Of a DNA stretch of 64,000 nt, positions 8,956 through 19,925 are shown piece after piece. Each line of letters begins with the position of its first letter. Within the stretch, counting starts at the first letter, position 1. Source of the DNA: Alistipes sp. (GTDB taxonomy: Bacteria; Bacteroidota; Bacteroidia; Bacteroidales; Rikenellaceae). A program made the position numbers and the translations under genes. The stretch spans positions 6,651 to 70,650 of the forward strand of contig JAZONG010000114.1 in assembly GCA_045654385.1 (NCBI GenBank), given 5' to 3'. The notes beneath the pieces are model-generated. The model searched no databases. It saw only the letters and a list, made by a program, of their open reading frames with translations, and was not told the DNA's origin.

Positions 8956-11553
8956 ATGAATACAAATCAATTAACAATCAAGGCGCAGGAGGCGTTGCAG
9001 AGTGCAGCGACTCTTGCTCGTGAGCAAGGTCAGCAGGCTGTTGAGCCACTGCACCTTCTCCAAGTTGTAATTGCCGACGACAATGCACTCGGAGCCTTTC
9101 TGCTCGGTCGTGTGGGCGTTGCCGTACCGATGCTCCGTAACGAGGTGTCGGATGCTGTTGCCCGTCTGCCAAAGGTGTCGGGTGGCGACCAATTCTTCTC
9201 CCGTGAAACATCGCTTGTAATTCAGCGTGCAATAGATTTCACCAAGAATTTCAAGGATAAATACGCATCGGTCGAGCATCTTCTACTCGGCTTGGTAGCG
9301 GAACGAGGCACAGCCTCCGAAATCCTCAAACGCAATGGCGCAAGCGAGAAACAACTCATCGAGGCAATCAAGCAGTTCCGCAAGGGCGCCACTGTGGACA
9401 GCCAGACCTCTTCGCAGGAGTTTGATGCGTTGGGTAAGTATGCCATCGACCTCAACGAGATGGCACGACAAGGCAAATTAGACCCCGTAATCGGTCGTGA
9501 TGAGGAGATTCGTCGAGTATTGCAGATACTCTCTCGCCGCACCAAGAACAACCCTGTACTCGTGGGTGAGGCTGGTGTCGGAAAAACCGCTATCGTCGAG
9601 GGTATAGCCCACCGAATTATAGACGGAGATGTACCCGAAAATCTCCGCTCAAAGCGCATCTTCTCGCTCGATATGGGAGCATTGATTGCAGGTGCGAAGT
9701 ATCAGGGCGAATTCGAAGAGCGACTCAAAGCCGTAATTAACGAAGTAATTGATAGTGAGGGAGAAGTTCTACTCTTTATCGATGAAATTCACACCCTTGT
9801 AGGTGCGGGAAAATCGAGTGGAGCGATGGATGCAGCAAACATCTTAAAGCCAGCCCTTGCTCGTGGCGAGTTGCGCACCATAGGAGCGACTACGCTCGAT
9901 GAATTCCAGAAGTATTTCGAGCAGGATAAAGCCCTCGAACGCCGCTTCCAAAAGGTGATGGTCGAAGAGCCTACACCCGAAGATGCAGTGTCGATTTTGC
10001 GAGGTTTAAAGGAACGATACGAAAACCACCACAAGGTGCGCATTAAGGATGAGGCGATAGTCTCGGCCGTAGAACTCTCGCATCGCTACATCACCACCCG
10101 TTTTTTGCCCGACAAGGCGATAGATTTGGTCGATGAGGCTGCATCTCGCCTTCGTTTGGAGATGAACTCCGTACCCGAAGAGTTAGACTCACTCGACCGT
10201 CGTATTCGCCAACTCGAAATCGAGCGTGAAGCCATCCGTCGTGAGGGCGACAAGGAGCGTATCGCCACACTCGACAAGGATATTGAAGATTTGCGTTCCC
10301 GCTCCTCGGCTATGCGTGCCAAGTGGGAGGGCGAACGAGATCTTATTCGCCAAATTCAGCAGGAGAAGGAGCGCATCGAACAACTCAAAATCGAGGCACA
10401 ACAAGCCGAGCGCACGGGCGACTACGGAAAGGTTGCCGAAATCCGCTATGGCGCTATCGTAGAGGCTGAAAAGCGCATTGCCACCCTCAACGAACAACTC
10501 AAAGAGAACACCTCATCCGGCTCGATGATTAAGGAGGAGGTCGATGCCGAAGATATTGCCGAAGTGGTATCTCGCTGGACGGGTATTCCGGTGGCGAGAA
10601 TGTTGGCTTCCGAACGAGAGAAGTTGCTCAATATGGAGGAGGCTCTCCACGCCAGAGTGGTGGGTCAGGAGCAGGCCATAAGTGTTGTATCGGATGCAGT
10701 GCGCCGAGCAAGAGCAGGACTCTCGGATGCTCGTAAGCCTATCGGCTCGTTTATATTCCTCGGCTCTACGGGTGTAGGAAAGACCGAGTTGGCTCGTGCC
10801 TTGGCGGAGTTCCTCTTCAACGACGAGAATATGATGACTCGTATAGATATGAGCGAGTATCAGGAGCGCCACGCCGTATCTCGTTTGGTCGGAGCGCCTC
10901 CGGGATATGTAGGCTATGATGAGGGCGGACAACTCACCGAGGCGGTGCGACGCAAGCCCTACTCGGTGGTGTTGCTCGATGAGATTGAGAAGGCGCACCC
11001 CGATGTATTCAACATCCTCTTGCAGGTGCTTGACGATGGTCGTCTGACCGATAATAAGGGGCGTACGGTAGATTTTCGCAATACCATAATTATTATGACC
11101 TCGAATATGGGAGCACTCACAATACAGGAGCGCTTCTCACGAGCCTTAACCGAAAAGGGCGAAGTGTCGGCAGAGATCATCGAACTGACTCGTAACGAAG
11201 TTATCGAGCAGTTGAAGATGCAGCTCAAACCTGAGTTCTTGAACCGTATTGACGAGATTGTGATGTTTGAGCCACTCTCCGAAAAGGATATTGCACAGAT
11301 TGTCGACATCCAACTCAGCATTGTGCATAAGATGTTGAAACATAGCGGTATTGAGCTGCGAGTAACCGACTCGGCACGCCGCTGGATTGCCCATATCGGT
11401 TACGATGCGGCATACGGAGCACGCCCCGTAAAGCGAGTTATTCAGCGAGAGGTAATTAACGAACTCTCGAAGCGTATATTGGCTGGCAAGGTCGATAAAT
11501 CGCAGCCAATCGTGATAGATGTGTCGTCCGATGAACTTTCGTTCAGCAACTAA
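8956..11553 (+). CDS. clpB: ATP-dependent chaperone ClpB
   Basis: Two AAA+ modules ([16 protein letters not shown]), a coiled-coil middle domain and GYVG. Start placed at MNTNQLT. Confidence 0.98.
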   Translation: MNTNQLTIKAQEALQSAATLAREQGQQAVEPLHLLQVVIADDNALGAFLLGRVGVAVPMLRNEVSDAVARLPKVSGGDQFFSRETSLVIQRAIDFTKNFKDKYASVEHLLLGLVAERGTASEILKRNGASEKQLIEAIKQFRKGATVDSQTSSQEFDALGKYAIDLNEMARQGKLDPVIGRDEEIRRVLQILSRRTKNNPVLVGEAGVGKTAIVEGIAHRIIDGDVPENLRSKRIFSLDMGALIAGAKYQGEFEERLKAVINEVIDSEGEVLLFIDEIHTLVGAGKSSGAMDAANILKPALARGELRTIGATTLDEFQKYFEQDKALERRFQKVMVEEPTPEDAVSILRGLKERYENHHKVRIKDEAIVSAVELSHRYITTRFLPDKAIDLVDEAASRLRLEMNSVPEELDSLDRRIRQLEIEREAIRREGDKERIATLDKDIEDLRSRSSAMRAKWEGERDLIRQIQQEKERIEQLKIEAQQAERTGDYGKVAEIRYGAIVEAEKRIATLNEQLKENTSSGSMIKEEVDAEDIAEVVSRWTGIPVARMLASEREKLLNMEEALHARVVGQEQAISVVSDAVRRARAGLSDARKPIGSFIFLGSTGVGKTELARALAEFLFNDENMMTRIDMSEYQERHAVSRLVGAPPGYVGYDEGGQLTEAVRRKPYSVVLLDEIEKAHPDVFNILLQVLDDGRLTDNKGRTVDFRNTIIIMTSNMGALTIQERFSRALTEKGEVSAEIIELTRNEVIEQLKMQLKPEFLNRIDEIVMFEPLSEKDIAQIVDIQLSIVHKMLKHSGIELRVTDSARRWIAHIGYDAAYGARPVKRVIQREVINELSKRILAGKVDKSQPIVIDVSSDELSFSN

Positions 11554-11555
11554 AA

Positions 11556-11586
11556 AAAATCGGCAGGAGTTTTTCCTGCCGATTTT
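11556..11586. terminator. Bidirectional intrinsic terminator
   Basis: aaaatcggcagga-loop-tcctgccgatttt between convergent genes. Confidence 0.9.
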
Positions 11587-14538
11587 CTATTTGACTAGTG
11601 CCTTATTCCCCACTCCATCAATACATATTTCGAGAGGAGCATCAAAGCGCACACATCGCACAAATTCGCTCTCGTAAGTTGCCGGCATTGCGTTCAACTT
11701 GGCAAAGTCGAGAGAGCCATCTTCGATATATGGATTTACAGTGATATATCCCACGCCAAACGAGGTCAAATTCTGGAAGAAGTGTGTACCCTGACTCGGC
11801 TCGATGCGGAAGTTATCCAATCCGCACTCCACAATGACCTTTGCCTCCGAAATGTCGCTCCACTTTACAGGTACTCCCAACCACGGATTGCTCGAACCCC
11901 AGCGACCAAAACCGATAAGAACATATCCTCGTCCCTCCTCACGCATCTTGGCATTAAGGCGTGTAACCTCCTCGGCTATCTTCTCGGTAGAGGCCGGGTT
12001 AAAGTTCTCCTCTCGCAGATAGACAACATCACAAACATCATTTACCGCACCTGTACCTAGCGCACTCTCCGAGTATATCAACGCACCCGAGGTGTCAATC
12101 TTTGACCAATCGATGGCTGCACCCGAAGCACCCTCGGCAATAGGGCGTACCTGCAAGACATTGAAGATATTAAATCTGTCGCCTCTATCCATATTGGCAG
12201 CAAACTCAATCTCCACGCAGCACTTCATCTCCTGCTCAGCAATTTCGAGCAACTCGACCAAAATCTCCGCCAACGGGAAGGTGTTGTACTTCAAAATATG
12301 GGCAAAGGTAACCACTTTGATACCCTCAACCAGCGACGAGTCGGTCATACGCATATTCTGCATATCCCAAGTCGAAGCAACATGCTTCATATTGCGGAAT
12401 GGACCACAATCGGCAATTTTAATCTTTTCGAGGTTTATCGCATCATCCAACGAGGTCTTAAACTTGTCAGGTTGGAGATTTAGGGCATACATAACCTGCT
12501 GGGTATCACGCATAGCAAGTGCCGGCACCGAGGTTTGCAGGATATTCTGCGGATACTTTGGCGAGAAACGCAACACCTGCTCGCCATCAACTACCGCCTT
12601 ACCCAAACCAAATGCAACCTTAGCAATACCATCCTCGGCACGCTCGTAGCCTATCGGATAGTAGTTCAATGAACGAGCCACACCCGAGAATGTCGGGAAG
12701 TAATAACCTCTATCCTCCGAACCGCAAATCTCCTCGATAACTATCGCCATCTTCTCCTCCGAAATCACATTCGCCGTAGCGGTAATATAGGCACGAGAGG
12801 ATGCAAAATAGACCGATGCATAGACGCTCTTAATAGCCTTCGAGAGGAGTCGAAGTTCCTGGTCTTCGTTCTCGGTATGCGGAATCATATAGGTCGAATA
12901 GATACCTGCAAATGGCTGATAGTAAGAGTCCTCCAACTTCGACGACGAGCGGATGGCCAACGGTTTACGCACATGGCGAATAAAGACTCGCAAAGCCTCT
13001 GTAAGTTCATTCGGCAAGACCGAAGCCACAAACTCCGATAAAATCTCGGCATCGCTGACATCGGCATTTATCACATATTGCAGACCATTCTCTACGATAA
13101 AGCGGTCGAAGTACTCGGTAGTGATAACAAGTGTTCGTGGCACCAAAACACGCACGCCCTCCCACCTATTATATAGGTTATACTTCTGCAAGATATGGTT
13201 CATAAAGGCCAAGCCTCGTGCCTTACCTCCGAGTGAGCCGTTGCCCAATTTCGAGAACCATATTGCATCGTTGTATGTTTCGGGCGAGAAGCGTGCCACC
13301 ACACCCAAGCCCTGCTTGATACGATAATCACGGATGCTGTCGGTCAAGAATCGACGCACAGCAGCCAAATCCGAAAACTCCGCTATTGTCAAAGCACGGA
13401 AGGAGTTTCCGAGCGAGAAGATACCTCGTGCAAAGAGCCACTTCGAGAGGTATGTTGTCGAGACTACACGATAAAGGATATCATCAGCCACATTGTGCAG
13501 CAGTCGCTCCAAGCCATACAAATCTTTGGCACGAGCAATCTCCTCGTGGGTATCAGGATCGGTCAAAACAAAGTCGCCGAAAGCACAAGCACGACCTATA
13601 TACTCATTCAACTCGTGAAGCAGAGTCTTTGAATTTTTCACAATAAAGCCCACACCCAACTGCTCCGCCACCGAGCGCATCGAAGCCTGCGAAGATTGCA
13701 TCAGGAATGGCATTTCGGGGTTATCCTCACGGATAAGGTTGCACAAATCCACACCCGCATCGAGTTTCTCCGAGCAAGGATCGTCATTCTTGTGCAGCAC
13801 AAAGCCGATATCCGAGATAACACCCAACATATTCTGCTTATATCGTTCATAGAGCGCCACCGCATCGTCGTAGTTTGTAGCCATCAAAATCTTCGGGCGG
13901 GCACGCTTACGCATAATCTGCTGATTTTCGTTCAGCGCATCACGCACCGAGGCTATATTCTGTTGCAGCACCAACTTATAGAGCGCAGGGAGATAGGTCG
14001 AATAGTAGCGAATCGAATCCTCCACCAACAAAATTGCCTGCACACCCACCTCCAAGATGTCGTGATCGGCATTCATCGAGTCCTCCAACAACTTAATAAT
14101 GGCGATGATCAGGTCGGTAGAGTTGTTCCAACAGAAGATTTTGTCGATTGCCGCAGTGTGATTTTCGCTTATTCGGCGATGTATCTCCTTGGTGGAGTTT
14201 GTCAGCAACACGATAGGCGTCGAAGGTTGCAACTCCTTCATCTGCTCGGCAAAGGTAAAGACATCGATAGAGCCCACATTATACATCGTCATCACGAGGT
14301 CGAACTTCTCGCCTCCACGCACCAAGTCGAGCGCCTCGACCGGAGTCTCCACACGAGAAATAGCCGGTGGGTTACTCAGGTTGAGTTCGTTATACTCCTG
14401 CTTAATACGGGCATCAATACGACCATCCTCTTCGAGGGCGTAACTGTCGTAACTGTTACAGACTAATAAGATACGGCGGATACGACGACTCATCAAAGAG
14501 CCGTAGTCCAAACCATTTTCATTGTGGGCAATATCCAT
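11587..14538 (-). CDS. Receiver-like domains fused to a PEP/pyruvate-binding (PEP synthase/PPDK N-terminal) domain
   Basis: N-terminal receiver-like repeats (ILLVEDS); GSLGGKARGL, AIRSSS.LED and FAGIY motifs. No recognisable His-phosphocarrier domain. Confidence 0.85.
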   Translation of the reverse strand: MDIAHNENGLDYGSLMSRRIRRILLVCNSYDSYALEEDGRIDARIKQEYNELNLSNPPAISRVETPVEALDLVRGGEKFDLVMTMYNVGSIDVFTFAEQMKELQPSTPIVLLTNSTKEIHRRISENHTAAIDKIFCWNNSTDLIIAIIKLLEDSMNADHDILEVGVQAILLVEDSIRYYSTYLPALYKLVLQQNIASVRDALNENQQIMRKRARPKILMATNYDDAVALYERYKQNMLGVISDIGFVLHKNDDPCSEKLDAGVDLCNLIREDNPEMPFLMQSSQASMRSVAEQLGVGFIVKNSKTLLHELNEYIGRACAFGDFVLTDPDTHEEIARAKDLYGLERLLHNVADDILYRVVSTTYLSKWLFARGIFSLGNSFRALTIAEFSDLAAVRRFLTDSIRDYRIKQGLGVVARFSPETYNDAIWFSKLGNGSLGGKARGLAFMNHILQKYNLYNRWEGVRVLVPRTLVITTEYFDRFIVENGLQYVINADVSDAEILSEFVASVLPNELTEALRVFIRHVRKPLAIRSSSKLEDSYYQPFAGIYSTYMIPHTENEDQELRLLSKAIKSVYASVYFASSRAYITATANVISEEKMAIVIEEICGSEDRGYYFPTFSGVARSLNYYPIGYERAEDGIAKVAFGLGKAVVDGEQVLRFSPKYPQNILQTSVPALAMRDTQQVMYALNLQPDKFKTSLDDAINLEKIKIADCGPFRNMKHVASTWDMQNMRMTDSSLVEGIKVVTFAHILKYNTFPLAEILVELLEIAEQEMKCCVEIEFAANMDRGDRFNIFNVLQVRPIAEGASGAAIDWSKIDTSGALIYSESALGTGAVNDVCDVVYLREENFNPASTEKIAEEVTRLNAKMREEGRGYVLIGFGRWGSSNPWLGVPVKWSDISEAKVIVECGLDNFRIEPSQGTHFFQNLTSFGVGYITVNPYIEDGSLDFAKLNAMPATYESEFVRCVRFDAPLEICIDGVGNKALVK

Positions 14539-14641
14539 AAATTCGCTTTTTACTCCGACAAATTTACTTTTTTATTACCATTTTTGGAATTTTCTCGCCA
14601 AAAAATTGCTACCTTTACGCAAAATATCACATTTTTGGACT

Positions 14642-15115
14642 ATGTCAGAGGTAAAAATCAACCCAATAGAGCGTGCCGAGCGTGCCAAAGCCCTATTTAA
14701 CGAGGGATATAATTGTGCGCAGTCGGTGGCTATGGCGTATGCTGACATCACCTCACTCGACGAGCAGATGGTTGCAACCATCACCGCCTCGTTTGGCGGA
14801 GGTATGGGACGCCTGCGTGAGGTGTGTGGTGCCGTTAGCGGAATGGCATTCGTGGCAAGTTTTGTATCGCCCTGCCCCACCGCAACAGATGCAGCAGCAA
14901 AGAAGGCGAACTATGCTCTTGTTCAGGAGTTTGCCGAGAAGTTTCGCCAGCAGAACGGCAATATAGTTTGTCGCTCGTTGCTCGGACTCGACCGCCCGAA
15001 GGATGAACCTACTCCGTCGCCTCGAACTGCCGAGTACTACCAAAAGCGCCCTTGCGCCGAGTATGTGTACGATGCAGCACTTATCGTTGGCAAACACCTT
15101 GCGGGCAGGGAGTAG
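14642..15115 (+). CDS. C-GCAxxG-C-C family putative redox protein
   Basis: GYNCAQSV, FGGGMG...CGAVSG, C-R and C motifs. Confidence 0.88.
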   Translation: MSEVKINPIERAERAKALFNEGYNCAQSVAMAYADITSLDEQMVATITASFGGGMGRLREVCGAVSGMAFVASFVSPCPTATDAAAKKANYALVQEFAEKFRQQNGNIVCRSLLGLDRPKDEPTPSPRTAEYYQKRPCAEYVYDAALIVGKHLAGRE

Positions 15116-15169
15116 TTTTTGAACTATAAAAAAGCAATTTTAAATTCATAAACCCTAAAATTGAAAATA

Positions 15170-15559
15170 ATGACTAAAATCGTAACTATTGCGGCACAGA
15201 ACGCACCAAAGGCAGTAGGCCCATACTCACAGGCAAGAAAAGCCGTGGAGGCAGAGGCTACACTCTATGTTTCGGGACAACTCCCAATCAACCCTGCAAC
15301 AGGCACTATGCCGGAGAGTATCGAGGAGCAGACTCGCCAGTCGCTCGACAACCTCGGTGCTATTTTGAAGGAGGCAGGAATGGATTACAGCGACATTGTC
15401 AAGACTACCGTTTTACTCGACAGTATCAAGGATTTTGCTGCGATGAATGCGGTATATGCAGAGTACTTCGAGGGCGAGAAGCCGGCTCGTATGTGCTACG
15501 AAGTAGCAGCCTTGCCTATGGGCGCAAAGGTTGAGATTGATGCCGTAGCGGTAAAGTAG
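15170..15559 (+). CDS. ridA: RidA/YjgF family enamine/imine deaminase
   Basis: APKAVGPYSQA, VSGQLP, PAR and VEIDAVA motifs. TTG at 15161 is an alternative start. Confidence 0.9.
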   Translation: MTKIVTIAAQNAPKAVGPYSQARKAVEAEATLYVSGQLPINPATGTMPESIEEQTRQSLDNLGAILKEAGMDYSDIVKTTVLLDSIKDFAAMNAVYAEYFEGEKPARMCYEVAALPMGAKVEIDAVAVK

Positions 15560-15577
15560 CATCAAACCTCAAAAAAA

Positions 15578-15865
15578 TCATATTAACCGCCCCAACCACG
15601 ACAGGACGGTACGGATAATTTTGGCGATCTCGGAGATCGCCAAAATTTCTTCGTGGAAAGCTCGAATGGCGTGGCGTAGTGATACATTATAGACAATAAT
15701 GGCAATCAGAGCCAAAAAGCCGCCTACGATAAGGCAGGGATAGAGTATCCCACCCATCAAATCACCCAGCCACACCACAAGTGCAACCACCAAGAGCAGT
15801 GCAGCCGCCAATGCCGCCAAAAGAACGATGGAAAGAGCGGCGAATCCTGATCGATGCTCCTGCAT
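15578..15865 (-). CDS. Small two-TM membrane protein (holin-like), partner of YtxH
   Basis: Two hydrophobic segments; starts 3 nt after the YtxH-like gene. Confidence 0.65.
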   Translation of the reverse strand: MQEHRSGFAALSIVLLAALAAALLLVVALVVWLGDLMGGILYPCLIVGGFLALIAIIVYNVSLRHAIRAFHEEILAISEIAKIIRTVLSWLGRLI

Positions 15866-15868
15866 AGG

Positions 15869-16066
15869 TTACCCCTTAGCCTCACTCTCGCACGCAGCCT
15901 TTGCTTGTCTGCACGCCTCGTGCCACTTGTTCATCTCATCACCCAGGAAATCTCGTACCATACCACGCATCTCCTCGCCCGTTTTTGGGGCAAATGCAAG
16001 CGCCACAGCCGAACCGAGGACCATACCTCCGAGCAGCGCCAAAACTGACAATGTTGTGTTTTTCAT
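15869..16066 (-). CDS. YtxH domain protein
   Basis: LLGGMVLGSAVALAFAPKTGEEMR is the typical YtxH N-terminus. Confidence 0.85.
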   Translation of the reverse strand: MKNTTLSVLALLGGMVLGSAVALAFAPKTGEEMRGMVRDFLGDEMNKWHEACRQAKAACESEAKG

Positions 16067-16101
16067 AGACCTTATTTTTTACGAATTACATCTCTGAAAG
16101 A

Positions 16102-16118
16102 TGCAAATCGCAAGCCAA
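16102..16118 (-). promoter_or_regulatory. Sigma-54-type -24/-12 promoter upstream of the YtxH gene
   Basis: Minus strand TTGGCTTGCGATTTGCA has exact GG-N10-GC spacing. Confidence 0.6.
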
Positions 16119-16224
16119 ATTCAAGGAAAAAGAGAAATTCCTTGTCGTAAATTTGCATCTATGGTAAAAACTACCTAAATTTGTAGGTATTTATGGATAT
16201 AAATAACTTAACACTATACCAAAT

Positions 16225-19062
16225 ATGAAAAAAACATTTCTTTTGTTGCTATTTGCAGCGTTCTCACTTTCGGTTTATGCCGAGGGTATCTCGAACTACA
16301 AGGAACTTGTAGCATTCATCAATGATGTGAACAAGAAGGCAAACCTCTCGTCTTGGAAAAACGAGCAGGGCGTGGTATGTTTTAAGGCCGACATCGATAT
16401 GACAAAGGCCAAGAAACTTCCTCAACTTAACAACCTCGATTTCGAACTCGACGGTTGCGGCCACAAACTCTACAACTGGAATGCAAGCCGAGGTTTTGTC
16501 AAGAATATCGCTCCGGGAGGTACATTGAAGAACCTCACAATCGACAACTCGTGTGTTTTGAAAATCGACATAGACTACAACACCGAGCCTATTCACATTA
16601 GCTTCCTCGTGGATAACAACAATGGTAGAATTATCAACTGTGTAAACAACGGTTTCATTGAGCATACCGGCGAGGGACTCACAAATAACATCTTCATCGC
16701 AGGTATCGTTGCTTACAACCACAACCTCGTATACAACTGTAAGAATACCGGTAAAATTTCATCAAACATCGGCTCTTCGACTCCAAGCAAGAATATGCGA
16801 CTCCGTGTTGCAGGTATTGCTGCTATCTCGGGAGGTGCAGTAGGTCAGGATATCGGTATCTACCGTTGCGAGAACACAGGACTCATCAGCTCGTTCAACG
16901 ACTTCCCTAATGTTCACGTTTCGGGTGTTGTCGGTGATGGCGGCCCTCATACTACGGTTAAGTATTGCGTAAACCGTGGTAATGTGGCAGCAATTTCGAC
17001 TCCTTGTGGCAATGGCAAAGGATTTATCCGTATTGCCGGCGTTGTAACTTGGACCGGTGGAGATATTGTAGCGTGCGACAACTTCGGTAACATCTCGTCA
17101 TCAGGTTCAGCCGAAACCTTCACATCTGGTATTGCGGCTTGTCCTGCACACCCAGCTTTGATTGCAGGTTGTATCAACTACGGAAAGGTTACATCTAACA
17201 CTTCGGCAGCATCATACACCTCGGGTATCGCAGCACAAAGCAGCGGCTCTCTCCAAATCACCAACTGCGTGAACTATGGTGAGATTGCCTGTATGAACAA
17301 GGGTGATCGCTTCGCTTGTATCGGCGGTATTGGCGCAGGATTCTTCCTCGGCAAGGGTATAAAGAAGGGAACAACATTCCGCAACTGCGTAAACTACGGT
17401 AAGGTTATCAGCGTTTCGGCCAACACATCGGGCGGTATCGGCGGTGTCGTAGGTTTGACACGCTGCACAAAGAGTGACGAAAAGCATATCCGCCACTACA
17501 TCTACAACTGCGCAAACAAGGGTGTTGTAAAGTGCGAGAAAAATACCCCTAAGGAGATTTGCGGTAAGCCTGGCACTTCTATCGTCGAGGGCGAGTTTCA
17601 CGACACTTGGGCTAAGTATGTTAAGCCGCTCAAAGATGGCACAAATGTATATGGTCGTATTCTCGATACCAACGGCAACCCTATTCAGGGTGTAATCGTA
17701 AGCGATGGTGAGCAGAGCGTATTGACCGATGTAAGCGGTGGTTACGCAATGAAGAGCAACCTTGCAAATGCTCGCTTCGTACAGATCTCTGTACCTGCGA
17801 AGTACGAAGTACCTACCGAGGGTAATATGCCGCAGTTCTTCCTCCGCATACCTCGTTACGCCGAGGCTGTACGAGCAGACTTCACATTGAAGAAGCGTGA
17901 GGCAGTATCCGAAAAGTTCACTCTCGCATTGATTGGCGATCCTCAGATTAATACTTTCGGCGTTGGCAGGAGCACAACACGCCTCCGTGACGGCGTTCTC
18001 ACCGATATTGCAAAGTTGCAGGAGAGCAAGGAGGAGCCACTCTACGCTATCACACTCGGCAACTTGGTTGCAGATGGTATTAAGTTATTCAAGGACTATA
18101 TGGATATTGTAAATACTGCTAAATTCCCTATGTTTAGCGTAATCGGTCACCACGACCACTATAAGAACAATATCCTCGAAACCGTATTCAGTTCGGCAAT
18201 CTATGAGAGTCATATCGCACCTGTAAACTACTCATTCAACCTCGGCAAGATGCACTTTGTAGTGGTTGATAGTTCGATTTTCAACCGTGAAACCGCTTAC
18301 GACAAGTATGAGCGAGGTTTGGAGGAGAGCACTTGCAAGTGGTTGGAGAGCGATTTAAAACTTGTAAGCAAGGATCAAACCATTGTTTTGTGCAGCAACG
18401 CTCCACTTTTGAAAGACCGCAAGAGTTTTGGTCTTGACAAGGTAAACTATGAGGTTTACAGCAAACTCCTCTCGGAGTACAAGAAGGTTTATGCGCTCAA
18501 CGGCTTTATGCGCCAGAATTACAGCTACAACTACCAGCACGAGAAGACCCCTCAGCAGCTCAAGCACCTCTCGAATGTTGAGGTTATCAGCGTAGCTCGT
18601 TGTATCGGTCAGCCACACCTCAACCGTGACCTCACAAATGACGGTACACCTAACGGATATATGGTTGCAGAGGTTGATGGCGACAAGATGGAGTGGTACT
18701 ACAAAACCCTCGGCCACGACCGTAGCCACCAGATGCGTGCATATACCCCTGCCGAGAATAAGGGTGGCTGGGTGAAGGTTACCATCTGGAACCACTCGCC
18801 AGAGAACTGGACTACTCCGGAGTGGTGGGAGAATGGCGTAAAGGTTGCAGATATGGCTCGTGTAGAGGAGAGAGATATCGCCTATATGAAGATTTACAAT
18901 GAGCATAAGAAGCAGAAGTTGGTCAAGTGGCCTGCTCACTACTCGCACCCTGTAAATGCTCCGTTCATCTTCCGTGTTAAGCCTACCGATGGTGTTACTT
19001 CGGGTGAGATTCGTGTAACCGACAACTTCGGTGTTACTTACACACAGGAGGTTAAGTGGTAA
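16225..19062 (+). CDS. Secreted protein: beta-helix/GLUG-like repeats plus a degenerate calcineurin-like phosphoesterase
   Basis: Signal peptide; repeated C.N.G.(I/V) motifs; C-terminal half has GVIVSDG, IGDPQ, NYSFNLG..HFVVVD, WLESDL and DGTPNGY motifs. Confidence 0.8.
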   Translation: MKKTFLLLLFAAFSLSVYAEGISNYKELVAFINDVNKKANLSSWKNEQGVVCFKADIDMTKAKKLPQLNNLDFELDGCGHKLYNWNASRGFVKNIAPGGTLKNLTIDNSCVLKIDIDYNTEPIHISFLVDNNNGRIINCVNNGFIEHTGEGLTNNIFIAGIVAYNHNLVYNCKNTGKISSNIGSSTPSKNMRLRVAGIAAISGGAVGQDIGIYRCENTGLISSFNDFPNVHVSGVVGDGGPHTTVKYCVNRGNVAAISTPCGNGKGFIRIAGVVTWTGGDIVACDNFGNISSSGSAETFTSGIAACPAHPALIAGCINYGKVTSNTSAASYTSGIAAQSSGSLQITNCVNYGEIACMNKGDRFACIGGIGAGFFLGKGIKKGTTFRNCVNYGKVISVSANTSGGIGGVVGLTRCTKSDEKHIRHYIYNCANKGVVKCEKNTPKEICGKPGTSIVEGEFHDTWAKYVKPLKDGTNVYGRILDTNGNPIQGVIVSDGEQSVLTDVSGGYAMKSNLANARFVQISVPAKYEVPTEGNMPQFFLRIPRYAEAVRADFTLKKREAVSEKFTLALIGDPQINTFGVGRSTTRLRDGVLTDIAKLQESKEEPLYAITLGNLVADGIKLFKDYMDIVNTAKFPMFSVIGHHDHYKNNILETVFSSAIYESHIAPVNYSFNLGKMHFVVVDSSIFNRETAYDKYERGLEESTCKWLESDLKLVSKDQTIVLCSNAPLLKDRKSFGLDKVNYEVYSKLLSEYKKVYALNGFMRQNYSYNYQHEKTPQQLKHLSNVEVISVARCIGQPHLNRDLTNDGTPNGYMVAEVDGDKMEWYYKTLGHDRSHQMRAYTPAENKGGWVKVTIWNHSPENWTTPEWWENGVKVADMARVEERDIAYMKIYNEHKKQKLVKWPAHYSHPVNAPFIFRVKPTDGVTSGEIRVTDNFGVTYTQEVKW

Positions 19063-19091
19063 AAACCGATTAGGGATAAAAGTTATTTTAG

Positions 19092-19925
19092 ATGAGCAAT
19101 TTTTCGGAACTTAAAACAATAGTCGAGCAGGCGTGGGAAAACCGTGCCTTGCTCGACCAAGAGGATACCAAAGCGGCTATTCGTGCCGTTGTGGAGGCTG
19201 TCGACAAGGGCGAACTGCGCACCGCCGAGCCTCTCGACTTGGAGAAGAGCGAGTGGCAGGTAACCGAGTGGGTGAAGAAGGCAATTATTATGTACTTCCC
19301 AATCCAGAAGATGCGCACAATGCGTGCAGGCGAGTTGGAGTGGTACGACAAGATCGACTTGAAGCACGACTACGAGCAACTTGGTGTTCGTGTTGTACCT
19401 CACGCAATGGCTCGCTACGGTGCATATATCGCTCCGGGCGCAGTATTGATGCCGTCGTATGTAAATATCGGCGCATATGTCGATACAGGCACTATGGTCG
19501 ATACTTGGGCAACCGTAGGCTCGTGTGCGCAGATCGGAAAGAATGTTCACCTCTCGGGTGGTGTCGGCATTGGTGGCGTGTTGGAGCCTGTGCAGGCTGC
19601 TCCCGTAATTGTGGAGGACAACTGCTTCATCGGCTCTCGTGCAATCATCGTAGAGGGCGCACACATCTGCCGTGAGGCTGTTATCGGCTCGAATACCGTA
19701 ATCACCGGCTCAACCCATATCATCGATGTTACCGGCGAAGAGCCCGTAACCTATAAGGGTTATGTTCCGGCTCGTTCGGTGGTTATTCCCGGCACTTATG
19801 CCAAGAAGTTCCCTGCGGGCGAGTACAATGTAGCGTGTGCGTTGATTATCGGCAAACGCAAGGAGTCTACCGATAAGAAGACGACTTTGAATGATGCACT
19901 CCGAGATTTCGGAGTACAAGCGTAA
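19092..19925 (+). CDS. dapD: Tetrahydrodipicolinate N-succinyltransferase
   Basis: EWVKKAI, MPSYVNIGAYV, DTWATVGSCAQIG and IGGVLEP motifs. Confidence 0.96.
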   Translation: MSNFSELKTIVEQAWENRALLDQEDTKAAIRAVVEAVDKGELRTAEPLDLEKSEWQVTEWVKKAIIMYFPIQKMRTMRAGELEWYDKIDLKHDYEQLGVRVVPHAMARYGAYIAPGAVLMPSYVNIGAYVDTGTMVDTWATVGSCAQIGKNVHLSGGVGIGGVLEPVQAAPVIVEDNCFIGSRAIIVEGAHICREAVIGSNTVITGSTHIIDVTGEEPVTYKGYVPARSVVIPGTYAKKFPAGEYNVACALIIGKRKESTDKKTTLNDALRDFGVQA

